Source: the human T2T-CHM13v2.0 reference genome, Homo sapiens
Assembly (NCBI RefSeq): GCF_009914755.1
Contig: NC_060925.1
Strand: one strand, 5' to 3'
Length of the DNA stretch: 64,000 bases
The position numbers were made by a program, and so were the translations under genes. This document shows positions 54,132-64,000 of the stretch, piece after piece; positions within the stretch are counted from its first letter, which is position 1; each line of letters starts with the position of its first letter. The notes beneath the pieces were generated by a model. It was not told the origin of the DNA. It made no database searches and was given only the letters and a program-made list of their open reading frames with translations.

Positions 54132-54166
<35 letters not shown>
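54132..54166. repeat. (CA)n microsatellite
   Basis: Directly visible. Confidence 0.95.
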
Positions 54167-54167
<1 letters not shown>

Positions 54168-54604
54168 CAGAAATTTCCCTGTCAAGAAGCTGATTGTGCT
54201 GCAACATTTTCAACATCTTTGAGGAAAATTCACCAACATGTATACTGCTTCCTACTGTGGAGACAGCATTTGAATTATTTGTATCTCTTTGAAAAATTTA
54301 GAGATCTGTAGTGGTCTGCAACTGTTACACCTCTCCTGAAGCTACCTGATCCCCTATCTATCCCATGTATTCTTAATAATCTTTTAATTTCCATTTTCCT
54401 GCCTGCTTTATTCCCAGAAGCATAGTGATGAAATAAATGTGGACTCTGTCTCTGGACATTCCCTCCTAAGGAGCAAGCTACCTCACATTTATAACATGCC
54501 ATTCTGTGAGCAGAATTATGGTCTAACAACTCCTTGCTCTTTAAGTATTTTTCCATCCTCAGCAGAATCCAAAGCATTTCTTAGCTGCTACTTCCTTCTG
54601 TAGA

Positions 54605-55280
54605 ATTAATTAATTCATCAAATATTTATTGAGAACATACTAAGAAACCATGCCATTCTAGAAACCAAGAATACAGTAGGGAACAATGTCTCTACTTTCA
54701 TGGAATTTACAGTCTAGTGGAGAAGCCAAACTGTAAAGAAACAACATTTTTTAGGTAGTAATATTTGGTTAGAAAACAATAACAGGATTCTGATCTGAAA
54801 CAGAATGATGTGAAGCCAGCCAGCCACATGAGGCTCTGAAGAAAGAGTGCTTTGGGCACAGAGAACATATGCAAAGGACTTGAGACGGAAGCAAAGCAAG
54901 CATATTGAAACTCACTGCTATACAAGTTCCAGGTGACCGTGATTTTGTCTGATGTGGGCGTGGGGATGTTGCTATTTCTGGTTTTACTGCTTATCCAAAG
55001 CATCTAAAGCTAGTGCCTGTCACATCATAGTCATTCAACATATATTTGTGGAAGAAATGATCAGACAAAATGGCAGAGGGGCTGGAATTCAGAGAGTGAG
55101 AAAGAAGCGTGACAATGTTACAGAAGGAGCAGAGGTCTGAAAACACAGGGCCATGAGGGCCAGGTAAAGGGTTTGCAATTTATACAAAAGGCAGTGGGAA
55201 ACTTTTGCAGGTTTTTCATCAGGAAGGAACTTGATCTTACTTACATTTGAAAAGATCATTCTCCTTATTTAATGGAAATG
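54605..55280. mobile_element. L2 fragments
   Basis: attcatcaaatatttattgag..., catggaatttacagtctagtgg, ttacatttgaaaagatcattct. Confidence 0.75.
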
Positions 55281-55662
55281 GGGAAGCCTGAATGAAAACC
55301 CTTCTTCTTTGAACCCAGCTTCCCAGCAAAGGGCCTGTAGACTCCAGCTTAATTAATACTGCATGGTTAGTGCTTCCAGCCTTTACTCTCAGGAGTCCAG
55401 CAGCAACGATTGTGTCCTGGACTCAGCTCCTCCCCAGCCACCACCGTTCCTCAGATTGAGAGTTTCCAGGCCCAAAGCAACTTGGGTTATTCAATGATAC
55501 AGAAACCTTTCCTTCCTCTTCTTTTCCTCAAAGGCGTGATCTGATGTGCTCCCTCTAGTGCCCCACTTCCTTTCTCTCCACGGCTCCTCTGTTCTTTTGA
55601 AGGGAGCCCTGTTGCTGGATTTTGAAAGCTACAGCCAGTTGCCCCTACAGATCCTGTTCCTC

Positions 55663-56060
<398 letters not shown>

Positions 56061-56419
56061 TGAGGTAGAATAAGGCCTTTTAAGTGGATTTTGATCCTCC
56101 ATGCGTTTCTGATGTCCTCCTAAAAATCTGAATGAGAGTTTTCTGAGTACATGCCAAATTCTGAAGCTTCTTTACCCTCTCACTGACTCTTCTGTCAGTG
56201 TCTGAATCAACCTATTTCCTGTAGCCACAACATTCTAGATATAGGCCTTTCAAATTCTCCCCTTATGCTTTAACTTTGTGATAATTTCTACGATTTTTTT
56301 TCAGTCCAAGCTGACGCATTCTCCCCATACAATCAGGTGTCCCTTCTTCATTATCTACCCATTGATGGATCCCTTCACCATACTGAGGCTCTGACCCAGA
56401 GCCTGGGTAATTGAAATCA

Positions 56420-56622
56420 TGATCACCAGCAATAATATTAGTCATAAAGCATAGATAACATGCATTAAGCACTAGCTTGTGCAGTGAAATGGGCCCTATA
56501 CTATCCCCCATTTAAAAGACGAGGAAACCTGAAGAATACAGCATTTAAGTCATTTACCTAAGGTCACCCAGCCATTATAAGATGAAACCAGGACCTGAAC
56601 TCAGTTAGTCTGGCTATCTTAA
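56420..56622 (-). mobile_element. MIR
   Basis: atccccatttaaaagacgaggaaacctga...catttacctaaggtcacccagc. Confidence 0.8.
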
Positions 56623-56632
56623 CCCTTGAGGG

Positions 56633-57414
56633 TGAGATGGAGCAGGGACCCCACTTAGAAGCCTGCCAGCCCACATCCCTCACCCATGCACAGAAATAAA
56701 GGAAAATCTTGAGCTCCTTCAAGGGAAATTCCAGGTACCTAGCTAGCCCGGAGAATAAATAAGCCACCTGATAAGCAAGAAGGTAATAGTAGCTTAAAGC
56801 AATAGCCAAGGAAATTAGAATCATAGGATGTTTGGTTCCCCTACAGAAACTAAAAATAACATCCTAATATATGTTCCTGAGTTGTTTTTCAGAAACCCGA
56901 CCCCTGACCTAATGCCATTATCTGAGATCTCTGTGCCAGTGGATGGAAAATGCTATCTTCCTCAGATGACCTCAGATAGTGGGGAACTGAGGACTGAACA
57001 CTGACTGCTGTTCTTTGTTCTAAATTTCTTCCTGAGAGGCCTGAAGAAGGTCATGCCCATAGGCCAGAGCTCAATATTTCTGCTGATCCCAAGTTTTTAG
57101 ACAAATCTTAACCAATCACATATCAGAAAATTTTTGAATCCACCTATGATCTTTGGCCCTCCCAACTTGAGATGCCCCCCTTTATAGGCCAAACCACTGT
57201 ATGGCCTCCATGTGTTGATTTATGACTTTGCCTGTAATCTCTGCCTCCCTGCCTTTAAAAACCCTTCCATGTAAGTCATCAGGATGTTTGGGTCTCAGAT
57301 TCTCCTTGTTTGGCATCTTGCAATAAAGACTTCACTTTCTCTCACTGCAAATCCTGTTGTCAGCATTTGGCTTTGCTGCACCAAATGGGCAGACCCAAGT
57401 TCGGTTGAGTAACA
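56633..57414 (+). mobile_element. MER39-like (MER4-group ERV1) solo LTR
   Basis: TGAGATGGAGCAGGGACCCC...aataaa...gacccaagttcggttgagtaaCA; CCAAT box, tttaaaa TATA-like box and poly(A) signal present. Confidence 0.8.
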
Positions 57415-58404
57415 GGGGTGGAGAGGAAAGGTAGGCTTTAAGAAACTGTAAATGAGGCATATAAATGTACAGATTATGCCTTCAAAGTCCCTCTTTGACC
57501 CCAAACATGAGTAAAGCATAGAGAGGAACAGGATCTATTTCTGACTTTCAGACCCAGGCATCAACAATACAAAGGCCAAAGATTCCATGTATCAGGACTC
57601 AGTTTGTTTTGAAATGAGCCTGCCCCAGCTCCTGCAGAACTTCACAGCTTTTAGAGTTGGAGCTCCAGGACAAGTCTGCCCTGATTCTAAAAGTAAACCC
57701 ATCCCTGATGAGGAAAGACTCTTTGTGCTATCTGTGAGAGACTGCCCGCTACACTGTTATTCCTCTTACAAGTCTGAAGTCCTGCCCAGGCTCCACCCTG
57801 GCTGTTTGCAGGTGAGAATCTCTCCATAGAGGAGCTTCCCTCTCTCTTCATGGTACTCTTAGAGTTTTGAGGAAACAATATCACCTCTTTGCCTGTTTAG
57901 AATAAACTGAGAAATAAATACTTGAATAAAAATCACATCAGCCTTGTGGCTAGCAATGCTTGATTTGAAGGACCCAGCTCAGATCTCAAGTGAACATGGC
58001 CTTCCTAAAACATTTTCCCCTGAAGATCTACGCTTCAGGACAGAACTGCAATGAGAATCTCCACTTGCTTCATACCTAGTGAAGAGGGAAAAGTCCCAGA
58101 GCCCCAGAGATAGATGTCATGCGTAGGTGACCTTGGACCTCTTTGGTGGAAACCAATGGATATCAGACATGGGACATGCCACTAGTCTCAAGGAGAGAAG
58201 CCAGACAGAGGAAAGGAAAGCTTCCCAGACTATCGCCCTCTCCAAAAGAACTCAAGACCTGATCTTGTCTGATGCTGCTGGTATTGTTAACTGTGTCTTC
58301 CCCAGCATTCTGAGTCATCCTTTTAAGAGAGACGTAAAGACACAAATACGAAAAAGTGCACCTGGGAGAGTCTGTGACAATCAGAAATTGGTGGAGGTGG
58401 GGAG

Positions 58405-58820
58405 TGTGTTAGTCTGTTTTGCATTGCCATAAAGGAATACCTGAGGCTGGGTAATTTATAAAGACAAGGGGCTTAATTGGCTTCAGTCTTCAGGCTGTAC
58501 AGGAAGCATAGTGCTGGCATCTGCTTCTAACAAGGGCCTCAGAAAGCTTACAATCATGGTGGAAGGCGAAGGGGTGTCAGTGTGTCACATGGCGAGAGCA
58601 GGGACCAGAGAGGGAAGAGAGAGATCACAGGGTCTTTTAAACAACCAGATCTTATATGACCAAACTGAGCGAACTCACTCATCACTTAGGGGATGGCACT
58701 AAATCACTCATGGGGGATCTGCCCCCATTATCCAAACATCTCCCACCAGGCCCCACCTCCAACATTGGGAACCATATTTCAACATGAGATTTTGAAGTGA
58801 CAAACATCCAAACCATTTCA
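58405..58820 (-). mobile_element. MST-family MaLR LTR
   Basis: TGTGTTAGTCTGTTTTGCATTGC...CAAACATCCAAACCATTTCA; TSD GGGAG/GGGAA. Confidence 0.92.
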
Positions 58821-59719
58821 GGGAATCATTTCAAAGGGGAGTTGAAAGAGGCCGAACCTGACTGGAAATTCATAGTATTACCTAAGTCCATCAGCCAACT
58901 TGCAAAGATTCCTAGGGAGCCTAAGTGTGGCCAGGTAGGGAGAAAGGAGACAAACAGAATGCACCCCTCACACTGTATTTGAATAAATAGTGAGACTGAA
59001 AAGTACTAAAATATAAAAGAAAATTATCTAAAGCATGCAAAAGATTTATGTCAAAAAATTTTAAAGATTAATCACAGGAAAATTTAGAAAACTTTAGACA
59101 GTAACTGCATTAAACTTTTAAGTAAATTGAAGAAAAGAGAATTAATGAAAAATAGTTGGAAAAAAACATACTAAATCTAAGAAAGAATTTAAGGAAACTC
59201 AAAAAGCATCACAGAATTTTCAATGGCATTAGAAAAAGTAAGGATCCCAATATGCAAAGCAGAAAATAAATCAGTAATATGGAAGAGAGATTTGAAAAAA
59301 TAAAAGCTTAAAATATAAGGATGCAGGACATAGAAAAAAGTGACCTGAGGGATGATAAATAAGAAAACAAAAACCAATAGAAATTTCACCTAATGAAAAT
59401 TGGCCAGCCTTAAGAAAGAAAATAGAACAAATTAAACAACAACTACAAAACATGTCTTAGATTTATTGAATCTTCAAATAGAAAGGATTAAAAAAGTTAA
59501 AGATAATTCTAATTTATAATGACCTCATTCTAATGATGAGGGCAGAATGCTGGAAAATACTCCTGTATTCCTTAGTTAATACAATAAAGCACAATAAACT
59601 ATGGTAGGTATATGGATAAAGGCAAATGAAAATATTGGCAGAACTATAGTTGGACACGTGCTGTCTTTTTTAGGAGAGAAATTCTGGCTCATTTGCTCTT
59701 AGACATAAAGGCAACAGCT

Positions 59720-59845
59720 GTCAGCTTTGGCAGAACATTGGAATCACTTGAAGAGCTTTTAAAACATGGATGCTTGGGTCTCACCTCCAGGAAATCAGAT
59801 TTAATTGGCCTGGGATGTAGCCTGGTGATTCTAAGCCATGAGTGG
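59720..59845. mobile_element. MER5-like element
   Basis: acattggaatcacttgaagagcttttaaaac...tcagatttaattggcctgggatgtagcctgg. Confidence 0.7.
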
Positions 59846-60025
59846 GACCCTCTGCTCTGCACTGGCCCTTGTGCTGATGAAAGCAGGGTGAAGAAAGAAG
59901 GGAAATAAATACAGGACCCTTGGGGTGAGACAGCCATGTATGCAGGACAAAAAGACCTCAGAGCCAAAGTCAGGGAAATGTCAGGTGTAATCCCAGGAGG
60001 AACCTTTGGGACCTGCAGTCAGGCC

Positions 60026-60930
60026 TCAGGGCCACCACTAGGGCTTGGTGAACTCTTCACCGTGCACTTCATATGTCAGCATCCACCAGTCTGGGACATT
60101 AGGACTGAAGGCCGCACCAACATAGATGGCATTAATCTCATCTGGCTGTCTAATCTAACCTAATATCTAATCTCACAAAGTCCCACATGTTCACATCTTC
60201 AATATCTCCCACCAAGGACTGGTTTGTGTCAAAGCTCTCAGTGAAGGAATCCTGCTCCTGCCCCAGGATGATGCCTGCCTCTGTCCCCACAGTGTATCCC
60301 TTCTTCAGACTCCTCCTCATCATGGGCTTCCCATCCACCCAGAACGCCATGATCCCTGAGGCGGACTCCAGTTTACACGGAGGTACACAGTGCAGGAGAA
60401 CTCTTAGGAGACTTGAAAACTATCCCACTTCCACCCACGGATGTGCTGTAGCCTCCGGTCTTTTCCTTAGAGAGGAGGATTCATTATCTAGTCCTCATGG
60501 CATAAGAAAAAAAGGCTATGTTCACAGGTCAGGTGCATATAGACATGGAGACACACAATAAAGGCCTTGAGTGCCTTCTTTAGCTCTGCAGTCAGGATCA
60601 CAAAGGAATTGTCTGACTCTGGGAAAACACAAAACCCTTTTTGTTCACATCTGTAGGATAGAAAGCAGAGAGAAAAAAGGTCATCAGTTAAGCTTGTCAG
60701 GCCACAAAGATGTATTCCTCGCAATGTACCAAGAGATTGGACTTAGAAACCACAGCCTGAACTCTGCCCCAGGCCACAACCTCTCACCCATGCTGGCCCT
60801 TTTCCCTAACTTGGCTTTGCACAGTCATATTTACAGGACAAGATCTCAGCCATCAGCGGAAGCAATGCCTCCCTGTCTGAGGGAAAGCACTGGGAAGCTG
60901 ATGAAAACCAGGAAACATGGAAAACTCCAT
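60026..60930 (-). pseudogene. CRPP1: Non-processed C-reactive protein-like (short pentraxin) pseudogene: exon 1 60930-60873, intron 60872-60651, exon 2 60650-60026
   Basis: Manual minus-strand translation across frameshifts. Exon 1: ME..CFLVFISF/PSAFPQT. Acceptor ttctatcctacag. Exon 2: DVNKKGFVF/ESDNSFVILTAELKKALKAFIVCLHVYMHLTCEHSLF/SYAMRT/DNE/ILLSKEKTGGYSTSVGGSGIVFK.../ESASGIMAFWVDGKPMMRRSLKKGYTVGTEAGIILGQEQDSFTESFDTNQSLVGDIEDVNMWDFV[insert]PDEINAIYVGAAFSPNVPDWWMLTYEVHGEEFTKP*WWP*. This is colinear with CRP from end to end. It has multiple frameshifts, an in-frame TAG and a donor reading GG instead of GT. The CRPP1 name comes from recall of the locus, so it is less certain than the family call. 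Confidence 0.92.
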
Positions 60931-61109
60931 GTTTAGAGACCAGGAAACTCCGTGTTCCCTCCCTGCTATCGGTGTGCCTGGAATTTGGATCATTCTCTTG
61001 AAAAAAAGTATCAGTGGCTGAGATTCTGGGTTTGCACATCTGAGATCCCTCTGTTTCAAGTCTGCCCCACCTCGACCTCATATGTGCAGCAGTCAGGATG
61101 TCTCAGCTG

Positions 61110-61123
61110 GTAAATGATTTTCC
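61110..61123 (-). promoter_or_regulatory. Proximal HNF1-like element of the CRPP1-like pseudogene promoter
   Basis: Minus strand CAATTTTGGAAAATCATTTAC, matching the CRP proximal promoter motif as I recall it (CAATGTTGGAAAATTATTTAC). A homologous motif sits upstream of the second pseudogene. Confidence 0.65.
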
Positions 61124-61205
61124 AAAATTGCCCCCTTGGAGCCATGAATCAAAGCTCTAAGAGCAAAGAGAGCAAGATAAATCACAAAATGAGAGATCAA
61201 TATGG

Positions 61206-61218
61206 GTTATTTATTAGA
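61206..61218 (-). promoter_or_regulatory. Distal HNF1-like element of the CRPP1-like pseudogene promoter
   Basis: GTTATTTATTAGA resembles the HNF1 consensus GTTAATNATTAAC and lies about 95 bp beyond the proximal site. Confidence 0.55.
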
Positions 61219-63184
61219 GAATGTGTGATGCCTGCTGCTGCTCCAACAACTCTGTGTGGCATCGCCTGGTGAATTAAGACAGTCACATTTTGAGAATCCG
61301 TTCTAGGGAAATGATGCAAAATATTGGGAGGGGGAACCTTTTTCACAAAGACAACCACTTAAAATTACTTAGGATAGCAAAGAGAAAAATGGGGCATGTT
61401 TAAGTAAACTGTATATGTCTACACCCACCAAATAGAATAGATAGCCATTTAAATGTTAGTGGTGAATTTTATGCTATAACATGTAAATAAAAATGCTTTT
61501 GATAAAAGAAAAAATAACAGACTTGTATATACACTATTTTTAAAAGAAGTGACTATTTTAGAAAAAAAGTGTAAGGAATGCTTCCAGACAATATGTTCTT
61601 ATTATAATAATGGAATTATGGAGGATTTTTTTCCTCACTAACTTTTCATAATGGGATTGTATTGCTTCTAAAATGAAGTGTGTGTGTTTACGTGAGTGTG
61701 TGTGTGTGTGCATGTGTAATTAAGAACCAAGGGAAGAGGGAATGAAGATCCCATTTTATGAATAGGACACCCAGTCTCACTGTGGTTATTTGGCTTTATG
61801 CCCAGAATGCCTAAAACAGAACAATATCAGTTGGACATCCTAAGCTATGTATACATTTAGGTACCAAAGTATTTCACAATATATTAATTCCCATATAAGA
61901 CATCATTTCATGTAAAAAGAATCTGGAGCTTATTCATCATGATCTTATCATGAGTTTTCACATTGATATCCAATGAGAAATTGATAATAGAGGCTGTTTC
62001 TCCATTGACTAGGAGAACCAGCTAACATGTGGGCAGCATATTCGAAACGCGCAAGAGAAAAAGGACTATTACAAATGGTGGTACATTTCTGGACTGGTTT
62101 GTATTTTAATGATGTATAGTTTTAAAATTTTTAATATCCTTTTACAAACTTTTTGCATCTATTTTTTTAATTATATGACTGGCTTAAAGTAATTGCTCCA
62201 AAAGCTTTTGTTCTCTCATTCTAACCATTTGCCCAATAAAAGGTACATGTATAATTTAAACAAAAATAAATCATATAGGTGAAAAGATTGGTACAAAGAA
62301 GGAAGAAGATGTTTTTCCAATGCCAAATTGCCTTCTTGTTAGTGTCTGTCTGGGCTCCTTAGGTAAGTTAAAAGAATGCAGCTACCAATGCAATAGGTGA
62401 ACACTGGTAATTTTATTGATTTCATGGAGCCCACTACATTATAGAACTACCTCCAAAATGGATATGCTGTAAAGAAGGCCTAAAATTGAAAAAGAGAGGG
62501 AGAGGCAGAGAGAAATAGAGATGGAGAGAGCAAGAGCTAAAGCAAAAGAAAGAAAAGCGCGAGAGACAGAATGAAAGACCTTCCCACAAACCATTTTACA
62601 ACCCACCCCTGGCTCCAGCAACCCGCCAGTACAGCTCTATAACTGCTTGCAGCATATCACAGAGCATTCAGTGAACTTTATCAGGAGAGAAGTGTAATAA
62701 GCTTGCAATGCAACCTTTACCCTTCCCTCAGATATGTTTGTTTGGGAAGCCTCTTCTCTCTTCCTCCTATATCTGTGATGCTCTGATAAAAATACTGAAG
62801 GATTTCAGCTTTTCAAATATCTTGGCACTTTGGTTTCTCCACACTACAGAGATACAAAGTATTAATTGGGGAAAAAAGAGAACACTCTAAAACAAATACA
62901 ATATTTGTCATCACAGTGAGGCTTTACTGAATAAATAAGAACACACTAAATACAGGGCTGTCGCTTTATTTAATCCTAGAGCTATGACTTAAAACTCCAG
63001 TGCTGAAATGGAGTTTGATATGCTCCCCTGACTCAAACGGAAACTACTATAACATAAGAAAATTAAGAAACAGGGGCATATCCATCAGAAATAACCACAT
63101 GAACTGTCAGGGACCACAGCTGTGACTCTGCAATCTTTTCTAAACTATCACTCACCCTAGAAGAGTGGCACCTAGAAGAGTGGC

Positions 63185-63356
63185 TGTTGGAGACATGGCT
63201 GTACATTGTAATCACTAAGGAGGTTTAAAAATAATGATGCCTGAGTCTCACCGCCAGATAATCAACATAATTATCTGGTTATGGCCTAAGCAACTGGATT
63301 TTTGAAAACTCTCCAGGTGGTTCCAATATTCATAATCGAAGTTGAGAATTGCTGGC
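63185..63356. mobile_element. MER5-like element
   Basis: tggctgtacattgtaatcact...aaaactctccaggtggttccaat...gttgagaattgctg. Confidence 0.75.
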
Positions 63357-63707
63357 CTAGAGTCCCTTGTATGATTCTATGTCTTTGGTGAATGCCACTA
63401 CGATGTAAAGTTACATCTAAGGGTGTGCATGACTGTAGAAGAGATGGAGGTCAGAGAAGAACTTTGACAATATGGCACAATTGTATTCATGCTAAGGCTG
63501 AATAGGATTTCTATGTGCAAGCCATTCTGCTAAGCACATAAGAACAAAATAAAAAGTAGGGTGATTGCCAGTGGACCTGCAATGGTAGCTAACACTGAAT
63601 ATACGGCATCCTGGAATGGCTTCCCCATAAGAAAAAACACACACATCCCCACACCCTCCGTCTTGCACTAGGGGTATAAGTGTAGGGTGTAAGCTTCTGT
63701 TGAATGT

Positions 63708-63935
63708 GGCAGTAGAATACAGTGGTTAGAAGCATAGAACTGAGTAGCCAGACTGCCTAGGTTCAAATCCTAGCTCTGAGCAAGTTAATTAACCTCTCCA
63801 AACCTCAGTTTTCTCATCTGTAAAATGAGGACTATAAAATATTACATAAATCATAGGATTGTCATTAAACAAGTAAATATATGTAAAAGACTCACAACAG
63901 TACCTGGCACATGGTAAGAGCTCAGTAAGTGTAAG
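63708..63935 (+). mobile_element. MIR
   Basis: MIR core cctcagttttctcatctgtaaaatgagg and acagtacctggcacatggtaag. Confidence 0.9.
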
Positions 63936-64000
63936 AAGTTTTTGTTTTTGTTTTTGTTTTGTTTTAAGACTATGTGTGATCTTCCCTGTGTGATTAAGCA

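Overview
This is AT-rich, repeat-dense primate (probably human) intergenic DNA with no intact protein-coding gene. The main content is two non-processed, two-exon short-pentraxin (C-reactive protein-like) pseudogenes in tandem on the minus strand, about 22 kb apart. The better-preserved copy (60026-60930) is most likely CRPP1, which would place the window on 1q23.2 between APCS and CRP; this placement comes from recall and is not verified. The second copy (37978-38859) is far more decayed, and I do not recognise it as a named gene. It still shows a signal-peptide exon, a 213-nt intron at the CRP position, a full-length pentraxin exon, and two HNF1-like promoter elements. Several of its diagnostic residues look closer to pig/dog CRP (as I recall them) than to human CRP, which raises the possibility of an ancestral multi-gene CRP array with lineage-specific losses. 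The rest of the window is Alu, L1, L2/MIR, MaLR/ERVL/MER4-group LTR elements, hAT DNA transposons and microsatellites, including two 5'-inverted L1 insertions and two templated-insertion scars. Repeat family names and old-element boundaries were assigned by eye and are approximate.
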